DNA of 64,000 nt from Botryllus schlosseri. Its lineage: Eukaryota. Position 1 is the stretch's first letter. Every line of letters starts with the position of its first letter. Position numbers and translations under genes: made by a program. The notes below the pieces were generated by a model, which saw only the letters and a list, made by a program, of their open reading frames with translations, did no database searches and was not told the origin of the DNA. The stretch spans positions 4,898,001-4,962,000 of the forward strand of contig CM119376.1 of NCBI GenBank assembly GCA_051294905.1, given 5' to 3'. Below are positions 1 to 14,200 of this stretch, in pieces.

Positions 1-2499
1 CTATAGTAACTGCACAGTGCACACGGCGTAAAATTCATACGCAAAGACGTTTCATATAATAATCATAGGCAATGGCTTCCCTCAACAATCGGACAATCAA
101 CGAAATAGGCACGCTATAAGGTTCTGGTTTAAATCATTCTGCCCTTGATTAAAATCGATTTCAATCAATTAAATAATTCAAATCATGATGTTTTAGTCAT
201 TTTACTCATAATAATAACAACAACACGAATAATGGAAAATGGGATAAATTACGACATGTCAATCAAGGTGATGAAGGATGACGCTTGAACTTTAATAATG
301 TGGGGCCGTGAATCATCATCCAGATAGCTGAAAACGTTCTACCTATGTGGTATAATGATAGCTGACAACGTTTAACCTATGTGATAATGATGGGTCACCA
401 GAATTATTACTGATCTGTTCTAGTAGTGAGGAAACATGTTGTGTCAAATTGGGACCATCCATAATAGTTGCATCTTCATCATGATCGATGGAGTGGTTTC
501 TGCCAGCACACTGGATCAGAGCTGAGGGAATCCGGATCGTGCTTCGTTTGCGGTATCCCACTAGTGCCTTAAAAATAGCAGCAGCATGTCGCAGACAACA
601 ACTAGTATCCACAGCAAAACGCTAACATAGTGATTGACTATCGCTCTTTGCTCTTTTCCCGACTGTCTGTCAAATAGTTGAACTATACCGGTGCCGGTGA
701 CGAGATGCTATCTCCGGTTTACATAAAATGCACATGATTGTCCGATAATAAACCACAGTCACGCATCTCGTCCGAAAATTTGAAAAACCAAAATAATCAA
801 TAAAATCAAAATAATAAAATGAAAATGAAAATCAACGAAAAAAAAACTGATTTAAACCAGAACTCTAGGCACGCACCATTGCAGATCTAAATAGATCGAC
901 TTTTGACAAAATAAAAATGACAAAAGAAAACAGGAAACAGCAGAACATCAAGAGATTCAGTTTTGCGTTCGTGTTATGCGCCTCCAGAGTAATGCCTCCA
1001 GAGTAGGCGGCCGTGGGCGTCTCAAGCTATACAGCCCGCGTTGTGCTATATCCGTCTCCATTGTAGAGCGCATTGCAGGGCAATATAGCTTATCGATATA
1101 TTCTATAATCGTTGCGTCGCTCTACCGTACTAATTGGACACGACTTTCATTTCGCGATGATGATAATTCTACTTGCTACAATAGCCGCACTGTCTTTTAT
1201 CAGCAGTCGGCCGTTTCATTCAATAACATGACAACTGCCAGCTAATAACGCGTTTTCGCACTATGCTGCAGCAGATAACGTCCACACACCATCTTATTTG
1301 ATTGACAACTCGGAACTCCTCGGGTAATCATCGCTCGCAACCTTATCCGACTTTATGGGTCCTGATTAGCAGTTTTTAATCAGACGTGGCGCATCCTGTC
1401 GGATTAGCTAACTAACCATATGATCTCCGCCCAAAATGCGCCACGATTAGCGGTATTTAAGCACGCGATTAGCATTCTCCTGGATCAGCTCAGTTTATGA
1501 TCTCCGCCCTAAAAGTACCAAATCTACGATTTATAACTACTAGCTTGACTAATTGCCCGATTTGCTCGGTAAAGCAGACGACTATAGTCTTTGGGAATCG
1601 GTTACTATGCCGCGGACAATAAATTAAGATTACAATCACTTGTATAAACATCCTATGTATAGTTGGCTACTATTTGCATATGACGAAGTTTGCGATGGTG
1701 GGTGCTGAAATTTAAGACTTGAGGAGACTAACGAGGGTACATAGTGTATGAAAATCATGGTTGCGGTTCACGATATCGGATGAGTTGAAACTTATTTATT
1801 AAGGGACCGACTGATTGAAAATAGCACACTGGTACATCGGGCATTAACACTCATAAAACCAGTAGGCCAAAGCGGATATTGGATTGTTGGACTACTTCGT
1901 CGTAGTCTGGCCTAGTTATCCAGTACTGGTAATTGTAACATCTGATTTCTACACCAATTTACGCAGACATGGGGTTAATGGCAAGGATCTCAAACCGTTT
2001 TGTTAATTTCATGAGCTCGAATGGTGAAATTTCAATCCGATCTGGTTCCTAAATACAATTAGGGTTTCCATTGCAACACTATAGCCAGCTGTAACTGCCA
2101 GCGAAATGAAATCGCCGCAACTGCACCACGATCAGAACTGAATGGTACTTTATATTGCTAACACATATTTACCAGGCATAAACGCAAATGAACCTGAACA
2201 GCGATACCCAAAAAATAGTCCACATGCTCACTTTATGTCAAGGTAGTTTACATACACATAGCGAGCCATATGGTCGTATCATTTTACCGACAGTGAACAA
2301 ATAGACATGAGTATGCCTGCTAACACCTCTTTTTAAATATTATTGATATGTGATGTCACTAATCAGTATCGCTCGTCGGAGCACCCATATGGTCTGACAC
2401 TGTGAAGTCAGTGTCGCAGTGAGTTAGTGTCGTTAGGCAATGATTCGGAGCGGTATCGACATAGTTGTTATTGTATGAATGCAATTGTAGTGTGACGAG

Positions 2500-2625
2500 A
2501 TAGCGCAGTGGTATAATCCGCGGCTGCGACACCAATAGGTTGCGGGTTCGAGTCCGAGCGAGGTCGATTCGGTTCCAAACCTAGGTTTGGGAGGTTTGTC
2601 TAGGCTCCTCCTCACTATCTCATCC
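2500..2625 (+). mobile_element. tRNA-derived SINE, 5' fragment
   Basis: A-box-like AGCGCAGTGGTATAA and B-box GGTTCGAGTCC, followed by GGAGGTT..GGCTCCTC shared with the copy at 8873. Confidence 0.6.
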
Positions 2626-3924
2626 GCGTAAGCGGTGTCTTACAAAAAGCCTAGAAGGGGGACGTGCTATAAGTCGGCAGTTGCGGAATGAAAATGATGA
2701 ATATCGGCTTAGTGTAAATGACCATAGTGGTCGACAAACACCATAAATACCACAAAACAAACAAACGCAAAAATAATGACAGTCGGGTAGTAATATGAAT
2801 TCAAGGTCATCACTTTCGACGCAGCCCATAATCAATGTCTCGTTGTCAGATGAGATTGCTGTTATTGCGTAGTTGTTTGGTAATCATAATTAGACATATG
2901 TAGCTGTTTCACACTTGGCCGTTAATCGTTTTGGTTATTTATGAGCTACCGGATTTATGCACACCCCACTTTCGTGACAGCCTTTCATAATACACCTCTA
3001 ATGCGGATCGGATGGCTATGAGAGACATGGATAAGCAATTAAACATCCAACACATTAAAAGGAATAATGAAGTCGGCCTTTGCCGGACTCGGAACCGCAT
3101 CATATGGATGTTGAAAGGTGAAACATACCAGTAAGCTATTGGCACAGCAGTCAGTTGAAATGTGTGATTATGATGTTCATATCATCCATGTAGCATTGTA
3201 GCTACACTGATCTATTATGAAAATTGATGATGCATTGGACATACACGTCAAAATTATGGACTAGACTATGGAAAAATATCCTGTTCCGTTGAGAGTCTCG
3301 TCTGATGTATACATTAGGCCTACCACATTTTCAGAACGCAAGCAGAAGGCAATTTATCCCGCAAGTAAAACGAAAATAGAATTGCGACAGCGCCAGCACG
3401 TATCACCGATCTGCATCCAGGTAGGGTGCATGGATAGGAACGTCGATACTCATGTTTCTGGGTTCGTGGGAGCGAAGTTGACCATAACTTTTCCAGCCCT
3501 AAATATCTACAGTGTCATGCTCGATAACTCTTGAAGATCCTGATCAATTAAACCCCAACACAATCCAAGTAATCACAATTATGCTCGCCCAATACAATGT
3601 GTCATGCAAGGTCCGATATGTGAAATATATACGCCCGTGCCGGACTAATATAGGGTCCATATTTGATAAATGAAAAAATAATCGATTACGTCGCGGACTT
3701 TTGTGACTAACACAAAATGTAACAACACTCTAACTGTCCAACTAAGAATATTTGAATATCCCTACACAAACAAAACAAAAAATGAAATCCCGAATGCGCG
3801 CTGCCGTATAACAAAAGAACATTCTTTAGCAGACTTTTGACGATAACTTTTTACGCACCAAGCGTCATTGAGTATCAACGTGCTACTTATGTGGACAAAT
3901 GTTATATATAACAATTGATATAAA

Positions 3925-4745
3925 TTTCATCAAAATTTTGTCAAAATTGTAGCGTTAGGTCAAAAAATGTCAAAATTGTTGACAAACTAAAAAAAAATTT
4001 GCAAACTGCATTTCGTTTTTATTGTAGATTTTACATTGTCGGTGAACTTATCATTTAACATTTTGCAGCTTATAGTCTACTTTATAGGCCTACCGTTATA
4101 TACGGCCCATTGTCTAACCATTGCGAATCATAAACATTCAAATGAAACAAATAGGCTGATATGGTGTTATGCTCAACGTACCGCAATATCGCAACCGAAG
4201 CAAGACTGCGTGGGCATTGCATGGTTCTTATATCAAGAAGCGCATGATGAAAAATTGTGATGTAGACACCATTTTCAGAATGAAGCAACACGGTGTGTCA
4301 TCAGCAGTTTACGCCAACAACTGCTGCTGTTGAACGTTCTTTCTCCATTCTTGGCAAGCTACTTAGTACGGACAGGCACTTTCTACGCGAAAATGTAGGA
4401 AAGTATTTTTCGTTGTTGTCCTACAACAACAAATTTTCATTATTTCTACTACTGGAATTCTTCATAGGGCCAGAACTCGTTTAAATAAAGTTTTTTCATG
4501 TAAAAATTTGTCCGTTTTTGAGTCAAAGAAGTTTTTATCATGCCAAGCAACTTCGTAAGGAGAGACAGTTCCAACCAGAAATGAAGATAAGTAGTATAAT
4601 TCTAACAAAATGTGGGGAAACACCTAATTTTCATGCGTTAGGTCAAAATCTCGTCAAAATTAAGTTTTTTGAGGTAAAAAATGTCAACATTATGATTTAT
4701 TTAGGTCAAAATCTTCCGTGTTTAGGTCAAAACAAATCGCCCCAA
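3925..4745 (+). mobile_element. Deleted hAT element retaining the transposase C-terminal dimerisation motif
   Basis: ORF 4293-4484 contains PTTAAVERSFSILGKLL, the hAT dimerisation-domain signature. Subterminal (ggtcaaaat)n repeats; homologous to the TSD-bounded copy at 57969-58759. Confidence 0.75.
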
Positions 4746-4929
4746 TAATACGGTAATTAAAAATATGGCAGATCGTAAAAATGCCATATATAGTGTACAG
4801 CTTATTTTCGGAAAATATAAGGCATTACTACAATTGCTTTTATACTTCAACATGTATATCCTTAAGACAAAAGAACTGAAACTATAATTAGAACTCAACG
4901 TATAATACTAGGAATTGAAATAAAAATAC

Positions 4930-5533
4930 AAATGGTACTTCTAAATAGCGGAAGATATATTTCATGTCTTTTGTCCAGAAAGATTCAACGGCGGTCTGCT
5001 AAAACAGGTCTAACGTATAAAAAAAAATGTCAAATTTCACTTTTACAGATTAGGACACGTCATGGGCTGCTAGGTATAATAGGTGATTGCTGGAGTGCGA
5101 AACGGTATTTTCAAACGCTATGGGGGGCCATACTTACTGTGATAAAATACTTGATATAGGCGACAATGCGGTGTGAACGGAACCACGCAACCCAGTATCT
5201 AAATTATATCCAGCGATACTTTCGTTAAAAGATATTTGTCACTCCATATCTACGAAAATTCTGGGTATTACATGACTTTTATGAAAATTAAATGTTGGTA
5301 CTACGTGAAAACAGCCCTGAAATTCCTTATGCGATCTTTCTTATTGGGGTATTAAGCTACTTCTACTTGACAAACTGAAAATAGCGAAAAGTGAGTAAGT
5401 AGTTCACAAAATATTACGAAGTAGAAGTAGGAGTAGCGAAGAAAAAAGATCTACTCGAGTAAGTACTAGAAGTAGAGGGAAACTTCTAGAGTACTTCGAA
5501 AAAGTAGAAGTACTTCGTTACTGACCACCTCTG
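4930..5533 (-). mobile_element. MITE family with CAGAGGTGGTCAGTAACGAAGTAC terminus (copy 1)
   Basis: Reverse-complement similarity to 31218-31835, with repeated gtagaagta/tacttctac motifs. A fragment also occurs near 55290-55340. Confidence 0.7.
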
Positions 5534-6273
5534 GTGATATGTTCTTGGCGGGTTGGCCCTCCTATTATTTTCAAAGTGCACATCGCTACTTATAGTGGTC
5601 AGCAAAACCGGTGCAAGTCATGTCGTGTTCCACACAGTTAGGGGAGGCCTTTCCAGAATTATCGGCAGGTCGCATCACGTATTTGCGGACGCAGCGAATA
5701 TGGCACTTGCGGTATATCTCAAATGTGTCTCACCTCAAATTTCATTTCAGTGGCATTTCGTGTCACGACAAAATATAATGAGTGGTTATTATGACTACAA
5801 ACCTGGCCCCCGAGAACGATCATTGCGCAGAGCAATCTGTTTAGTTAAAATGTACGGCACGTCTTGTCTTGCTTTGAAATGAATGACATGACTCCTGCGT
5901 ATTATGAACGAGAAATATGATAATTGCCACTTAAAATATAGCTGACAAGAATGTATAGATATTCTGGTTCAATTGAACAATTTTAGGAATTAATGCAGGT
6001 TTAGCGACTTTTTCAGCGTTTTTTGTTTCAAGATTTAGCAACATGTAGCGATTTTCAATACCAGTTTTAGCGATTTTGGACGATCCGGAGTTGGCAACAC
6101 TGCTCATAAGAAATCTATTTCAGTCGCACGCATCAAGTCCACATATTCATCGCAAGATAGTAATCTACTGGGAAGATGCTACAGAGTCTTTCTGCGTCCT
6201 TTCGCTACATTTTCATACACTCAAGCACATGTAACATCCATACTTATACCGCGCAGATTCAGATAACGCAAAC

Positions 6274-8331
6274 ATGACTAAAATAGCAATTGTTCTGGGT
6301 GGCACCGGCACTGTCGGGTCAGCGACCGCGACGGCTTTCTTGAAGGAATCCAGCGTCTCCAAGGTAGTCGTGACGTCACGTTCTCAAGAGAAATTGGACG
6401 AACTCGCGAAAGAATTGAAGAGCGGCTTGGGCGACGATGTTGCGATCAGGGTAATTGGAATTGTTGGGAATCCGCATTGTGAAAATGGCGCAAAAGACAT
6501 GCAGGCAAAAGTATGTTCGACTAATTCAGAGATTCTAGAAATCCCAGTAATCTAATTCTAATCTAATTTTTGATGTTTATGTTATGCTATAATTATAATT
6601 ATAATGTAATTTGTAAAATGTTCCTACGTTCTTATCTTATTCTAATGTAATTTCTGGTTCGCCTGAAAATGCTACAGGAAAATTGTATAGTGCGATACGA
6701 GGCAAGTTTGATGAACAGACATTTGCAATTTGATATGAACTAACTTCATTAAATTTCCAGGTTTTCGAGGAATTTAGATTATATGATTGTAATCTAATTT
6801 GGGAAAAAAAAACTGTAGCTACTGTACCATAGGTAAAATTTTTGGATCAGTCCCGTCGTCTAGACCTCTGGATCCTTGTAAACTATACAAGCAACCAATA
6901 ATACAACCTTATTGTTGCTTTAGGTAATTGCGGCTGTGGGGGATAAAATAGACTTTGCTGTTTCCGCCATGGGATTCGGTTGGTTTAGTCACGATCCATT
7001 GGCAACAACCAGCGCAGCAAAGATCGATGAAGCATTGAAGATGCAGCTGTACCCTGCTTTTGAATGTTGGAAAGTAATAATGCCCCTTGTCAGAAATGCT
7101 AGTGGATCATACGTGTTTGTCACTGGTAAGGCGATTGATGCAGAGATTATTTAAACTGGGCATGCACTCTTTACTAAATACAAGATTTATCAGCGTATGA
7201 TATGTTATCGTATGGTAGGTTTGCAGCGGAGCAGTTGTTCCCCAGCTATATGGGTCTTCTGCACTCAGACTGGACGGGTACAGAAATATCGTAGAAAAAT
7301 TCAACCAGCAATACTTAAAATAAAAAATAAAATTAAAGAAAATGCTCTCTTCGTTCTCACATCGGCCATACTTGCTTTTCTGGTAAGGGGACTGCGTCAA
7401 CTGCCCGCCATATAGTCGTCACGTGGCGTCAAAATAATAGAAATTCTTTGGGACAGCAGGATCCTTCCAAATTAATTATTTCTTTCCAGTTTTGGGTTAA
7501 AAAGTTTAGGACCTACTGGGGCAAGCTACATTTGTCAAGAGCCTATCGTGCGAATTTAATTGCATGTTGCTACGTAGACGATATATTTCAATTAGTGACA
7601 AAATATTAACACCTTCATTTGTGTGCCTTGGAGTCGACTTCTCTCAAAATACACCAACCTATAGTTTGTGCCAAAAGAAGGAGTTCGTGTACCATATAAA
7701 AAAGTGCATTTAGCTGAAGCGATCTCTTCGCTTCGATTATTCGAAATTTTATGTCACTTTGACGTCGTATTTGGTTATACGATTGTTGATATACAATGTT
7801 CTTTCCAATTCTATAGCTGAGGATATTATCCCTGAAGAGTGTCAGTCGAAAATATTCGGGTTTATTTTAATATGAATATACTCTTCAATACCCTCAAAAA
7901 AGCTCTTCTAACGAAATATCATCGCAGGTGGTGGACCAGACATGTTTCTGGGGCCAGGAACAGGTGGTTTAACGATTGCTGGTTCAACCTCTACGGCATT
8001 CGCTAAAGTAGCCATGAAAGAAACGGCAGGTGACGGATTTACATGTACTGAGGTAATTGATTGATTTCGCAAATTTTCACCAGAAATCAGATTTAATATC
8101 CGCGTACAGGTCTCGTTTCAAGCACGTATCTGTCGTGATCCCAGTGTCAAGCCTCCCGGCCCGATTACCTGGTTGGTGTCCACGGATGCGGGAAGTGCAT
8201 TAGTAAGTGTAGCGCTGAAAAGAAAAGCCCACGTCCAGACCATAGTTATCAGTACTATAGAAGAGATGAATGAAGTAATTGCGAATGGGATAACTATACC
8301 ACTTGTTCCGGCGATTATTCACTATCTATAG
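6274..8331 (+). CDS. Atypical short-chain dehydrogenase/reductase (Rossmann fold), 4 exons, 261 aa
   Basis: Exons 6274-6510, 6924-7125, 7928-8052, 8110-8331. All introns are GT-AG with compatible phases (0,1,0) and the frame ends at TAG 8329-8331. N-terminus KIAIVLGGTGTVGSA is a dinucleotide-binding motif; VVVTSRSQEKLDEL and IDFAVSAMG match SDR beta2-alpha and beta4 regions. The canonical YxxxK is absent. Confidence 0.88.
7740..7906. mobile_element. Palindromic MITE family (GATTACCCCTGACGAGTGTCAGCCGAAAA), partial copy in SDR intron 2
   Basis: Similar to 19608-20125, 44580-44850 and 57483-57803; ends about 22 nt upstream of the exon-3 acceptor. Confidence 0.65.
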
Positions 8332-8872
8332 AAGATGAACACTCATGGGAACTAAGGATATCTGCAGTGAATAACGATTCCAATCATATCGACATTCAAC
8401 CATGTGGTTCTACCACTGACAATATTTTATGAATATTACATTATCCTTCATATTGACAATAATTGACTGGATACGTGACTATTTAGTATGACCCGTTTGC
8501 AGATACCTGTTTTAATTTCATCTTTAATTTTAATACATATTTACAGAATTTTTGAAAACGGCGTCATTGTTGATTAGAAACATCAATTTACCATCACGGG
8601 AAATGTCCACATGATTGTAGCATCACTATAATATTGGAACCGATCCTAAAATAGATAGAAAACGAGGAGAGCGCGACCGATATTGGATTTTTTGGCCGAT
8701 ACGATACAACCGATATCTATAACACCTTCACCGGTAACACCGATATCTTCAGCCCATATTCAAATTTGGTGGAATCTACCTCAATAGGCGCATTTTCAAA
8801 ACTTCGGAGTATTTATTTCAACAGCTTTACACTCATGTTCAATTGTTCATACTTGAAATAAGGGGAAGCGAG

Positions 8873-9243
8873 TGGCGCAATGATCTAAACGACACCGTCA
8901 CGACACCAATGGTTCTTGGTTCGAGTCTCGGCTCCACCATGTTTCTATGTGTCGGAGGTTATCTGGGCTCCTCGTCGCCGATCCCGCTGTACTAACAGTG
9001 TGTTGAAAAGCCCAGCAACAGAGTAAGCCACGCTCTCATGATGTCGGCAGCAGAGACCCGAAGACGGATGCATGCAAGTGAAAGAGGAATATGCGTGAAT
9101 GCGCGTGAATGAAAGTCGTCCAATCAGATACTGAACCGCCAGTCAATGAAACCGTTCTGTACAAATATCTGTGTCGTGACGCACAAGGCCTAAACGGCGA
9201 TAAGCGTCACTGTTAATACCTGTGTGTAATAATAATAATATTA
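8873..9243 (+). mobile_element. tRNA-derived SINE, full-length-looking, with (AAT)n tail
   Basis: A-box-like TGGCGCAATG and B-box GGTTCGAGTC, ~370-bp body ending in taataataataata. Head is similar to 2500-2625. Confidence 0.7.
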
Positions 9244-10262
9244 ATAATGCTAGCAATGGACACCTGACACCTGGACAACTTGAAAGTATAGCCTATATAT
9301 GAAATAAAGCAATTTTCCCAGTCTAGCGGTCAAGGATTATAGTTTTCTAAGTTCCTGTCATCATGTTGTGACGTCACGAAAATTGCCGATATTTTGTCAC
9401 CTCCAATGGCCCATTCCGATAATTCTTTCAAAGAGTAATATCGACTCAATGTTATCGACGAACCGATAAATAATCAGTCGGGCTATACTAACGAAACGAC
9501 GGTAAATATTGTGAAAATTGTGGTCGCGGCATCGCGAATACCGGGTGTGCTGGAACTTTATTAATGGTCCCATAAATGCCACAATAAAAAATAGTTGAAA
9601 CAATAAACAGTACAGTTATTCGGCAGCTGGAGTGTCAGCCACAGTAGGCTCCGGTTCGAAGTGTCAAGCGTTTTGTATAGGGATCCGACGAAAAATACGT
9701 CGAAGACAATAAAAGAGTGAGAAAAGCGTAAAAAGAAACATTGTCGAAATCGAAAATCAAGATTGAAATAGAACGCTCTTACATCGGACATTAACACTCA
9801 TAAAACCAGCAAGCCCAAAGCGGATGTCAGATTGATAGGCTATACTAGCACGTCATCGGTCTTTCGACATCCTCTTGTCTGTTCATTGCATCGCATTGTA
9901 TACCTTATGTATCTCGAACGGATGAAAATAATAGAACCGCTGAGATTTGTTTCCCGATTCATATATCATCTGCACGCCGTTTCAAACGGCGGGCATACTG
10001 AATGAAAAAGAAATAACATAAAATGGACAAACAATGAAAGTGAAGTAGCCTAGCCTGTTTCGGTTGACGAAATCAATATGACACCTTGTGAACCGCATTT
10101 CAAGGAGCAGATCAGCAGACATATGTACAGTTGTACACAGTTCAGCATGTCGCTCTGTAAAGCAAATTCTAAAATTTGGAGCTGCGAATCCATACCGATG
10201 ACAGACTAGTAGGTTATTGATTAAGTAGATATGGCTTGTATTTCGATTTGAATGTGAACTGG

Positions 10263-11003
10263 ACAGTGGACATGCTCGACGACTGTCCGATAGCTGTCTT
10301 CGTCGACCCCTTTTGGACCGCCACGGACCCTCGCGGACCCTCGAAGTTTTAGTTCAACTATAGTGCAATCGTCATCTGTCTTGTGCAAATGATATCTGTA
10401 GGCTAGTGAAACAGCAACAAAATGACTTTTCTTGAAAATAACATCACACTATTTATCAGGGATATGTAGAACTGTCTAGTTCTAAATATCCCTGCTATTT
10501 ATGTAGAAATTGGGTTGACTTTTATTATTTGAAAGTGAACTTCGCAACTGCATTTCTTGAAATACGTGTTCATGTCTTGAAATTCCACGCCATCGACTTG
10601 ATAGAAAATCCATTTCCACAGAGATAGGTGTTGGCTAATGTAATAATAACGCGTAACGTTGCGACGACACATTTGGGTATGATCGCAACAAATATGGCAC
10701 TAAAATTGGCAAACATATTACGTCAAGCCTGGTCATTTCTATTGAGCAGCTCATCTTGAAGTTATTGCGGAAAATGGTTATGAATATCACAGAAAGAAAC
10801 AGATCTTTGTAAACATTTCGAAGTCACCGTGATTACTAATCCAACTTTTTATTCTTTCCACAACCCCCAAGTTCGGGAGTTTTACTATAGTAAGGAAGCG
10901 AAACCACCTCGTGATGATCCCAATTAAAAATAAATACGATTTAGGTTATCCGCTATTTTGTAAATTTAGAGGCTTCGCGGACCCCCGGTTGAGAACCACT
11001 GCC
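10263..11003 (-). mobile_element. hAT-type MITE (CAGTGGTTCTCAACC terminus family)
   Basis: Terminus ggttgagaaccactg near 11000; internal segments match 46877-47230 and 49200-49347 in reverse. The left terminus is degenerate. Confidence 0.65.
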
Positions 11004-11236
11004 CTAATTTAATCATTTAGTGCAAAATCCGGATCTTGCATCCTTCTACTAGATGACGCTGTGGCGTGATCGATACGTAAGGGGAATCACCGGATAGCTC
11101 TCTCCAGCTTATTTTCAGCGTGCAGCTGTCTTGGTTGTTTTACCATTATTTATTTCTAAATATTGTTTAGTACAGAAGGTGAGGTGGTCACGTCTTGCTC
11201 ATCTAATGAAGAGCATAGAAAATAAATAAATTCACA

Positions 11237-14200
11237 ATGGGTAGAAAAAGCAGGTCAAAGCAGTCCACGAAACCTTTGAATATTCCCGCATACTCGAATA
11301 AGAAAGAGGTTGACCGGCTTGTGCAAAAACTCATCCACGGTAAGGTACAAATTCATTATGTAATGCGTATGTTGAACATGTTTTACAATACTCAACAGTT
11401 TGCATGGTCCCCACTTCCAGGAAAGATGAATGGGACACTTATCTCCAAGTGGACTTTTTGGTGCAAAGAATTCGGCAATGTCAGACCACTCCAAGTAGGT
11501 TGATCCATAATTCCATATCTTTATTGCACGCATATTTCGGGCGAGGTACCTCTCTCATTTATACATCTACATTGTGCAATTTTACATAACCTTATTAACC
11601 TATGTTCCAGTGTTTTCTCTAAGAACTGTAGATTATTTATTGCTAGGTGTATAAGGTCAGTGTTGGCGTATTGCCTCTTGTTTCTAAGAATTTAGAAACC
11701 ACCACTTTTTTAGATGCACCACTAGAACCATAACTAGAACTGCTCACTTTTAAAAATCTGAAACTAGAACTACTTGCTTTTAAAAATCCTAAACTAGAAC
11801 TACTTGATAAACCAGTATAGTTACTAAACCCATTAACCGTCAACATGAATATAGATCGATAGTTTTCTCAAGTTTGCTCACATGACCAAGTTGCTAATTT
11901 TCAATCCAAGATGTTTACAGACTAGTTACTTGAACTTTGGAGTAGGAGCAGTAAATTTTTCACTAAATGCTGTTACTGTATTTTTCTTGCTATTGGGTCA
12001 TCCTACATTGTCTTGTGTTGAATTCATCCACCAATTGGCAATTTGAAATTTGTTTGATCTTTGCTACAGCTACCAGCCACAAGGAGAGGGTAGACAATGT
12101 GGGTAAGTTCAAGGAATGGATGCAAGAAAACGGTGTGTGTTTGGAAAAGTTGCAATTGGAAGATTACGGAGTTGAATTGGGGATCGGTTTGAAGGCTGTC
12201 ACAGATATCAAAGTAATTTGTATGTAATTATCACAAAGTGTTTGGGTATGAGTGTGACAATGTACAATTCTGATTCAACCTGAACAGTACAAAACTATCA
12301 CTGTTAGTCCCCCGCATACAGTTGGCTATATCTAATAAGATGCCGAATGCACTTTGAAATACCATCTATCTACTGCAGTGATGGTCAACCCGTGACCCGA
12401 GAGAAGGCTTTGAGTAGCCCGTGATGTAATTATCAAAATGAGGTATAATATAAAAAAAATCAATTACCCAGGTAATTTATTGTGAACTTGCAAGACCAAC
12501 CGAAAATTTGGTTAGCCTGACTGCGAACTTTGGGATGTTGATGATTAAAATATCAGTTTCGACGCATTGGCGTAGCCGGGGGCCAACCACATTTTCGTAG
12601 ATCTTCATAATGACCACACAGTGTAATATTTCGTTGCAGATTTATTTGACTTGACATTTTTCTCAGCCCTTCGCGCGATTTATTGTCACTAGGTTTCTCG
12701 CTTTTAGTATCACTTCCCCTCCTGAAAATTAAAAATACGCCTTATTTACGGAATTGAGTCCGACTATATCAGCAATGATGAGAGAACTTGTCGTCGAACA
12801 TGCGACTTCGCGTCTGCACTCGCAGAAGGATCGTCGGCGACGAAACCTTTGCACAAAATGATGGACGCGTGTTCACTGAAATCTTCGATATTGATATGTC
12901 CAAGCGCCGATTAATCACGTCCTGGCCAAAAGAGCCTAGCGGTATCCAGAGGCAACCTACAATATGTGCAACTAATTGACCGAATTCATTCATTAACTTC
13001 AATGTAAAAAGTTTCATATGCACATGTTCAGGTAATCAAAACATGTACACAGAGTTTACGTGGCATAATTATTATCGATTTTGATGCATAGTAATATAAC
13101 TCTTACTTCTAACATTACCAAATCCAGTTCGCTGCTATCGGAAGTCTAAAATCGGACATCAACGTTTAAGTGGCCAATCTCGTGTGGCCCTTTGACGGAA
13201 AAGGTTGGCCACCCCTGATCTACTGTATGTTACTGTTGTGAGAACAAACCGCTATTTGTTGCGAGATATTACTGTAATCTATATACTTTCCCACAGAGAG
13301 CCGACACCCTCATCGAGATTCCGTACAGGATGATGATGACGGCGGAAAAATCGAAGAAGACCTACCTCGGTAAAAAGGTAGCGAATCGACGCGTGGAAGT
13401 GTATAATCGGTCCTCCTATTCCAGCGGATTTTATCGAATCGAAAAGGTTACTGCAGGAGATGCCGAATATATCGCTCGCTCTGTTCTTGCATTGTGAGAA
13501 ATTCAACCCGGATTCGTTCTACAAGCCTTATATCGGTATGCGGTGGTGTTTTGTGGTCGATAGGCTGGATGTGTGGATTTTCGTTGGTAGTTTAACGATG
13601 TACCAGGCCAATAGTTTGTTTTCTATGAATATGTGTCACTATAAGGCAGACTTGGACAGCTAGATAATTCTAGTTGTTTACATCAAGGGAAACACCGGTT
13701 ATTTAATCCCAATCTAGCTTGTTAGATGTTTATTTGCTCTAATTTTAATTTATCTTCTGGTTTTCTTCAAAATGCCACAGGAAAACTGTACAGTGCAAAA
13801 CGAACCGAGTTTGCTGTGGAGACATTCATCATTCTCATACTTGTAAGAACGGACTCTAATTCAAGATGATTTGAACTTTATATATTTTCCAAGATTTTGA
13901 AAATTCAGTAATTCCGGACTTATTTGGAGAAATTGTGTAGATATAATTCTAATCTGATCTGGGATAGCATAAGTCTTGGTCAAAATAGGCATCACTGTAC
14001 CTCATTTGCAATACGTCTATCAGCAATTACTCAATGTTATAATGACTAATTGAGTAAATAACGCAAATAGAGAGTAGGCCTACTCTTCGGTGGTGGCAAA
14101 TGCGTAAAATGATTCGGTTAGAATCCTAGCACGCGGTCTATTGATTTTCTAGATGCCCTGCCTGGCGAATACAACACGGCCTTGTATTTCACACCGACAG

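Noticed and set aside
343-612. ORF with CCLRHAAAIFKAL resembling the end of a SWIM zinc finger
   Set aside because: Only a partial motif; upstream ligands and a transposase context were not seen.
2500-2570. tRNA genes at ~2500, ~8875 and ~46730-46797
   Set aside because: A and B boxes are present but there is no complete cloverleaf, and each continues into a SINE body or tail.
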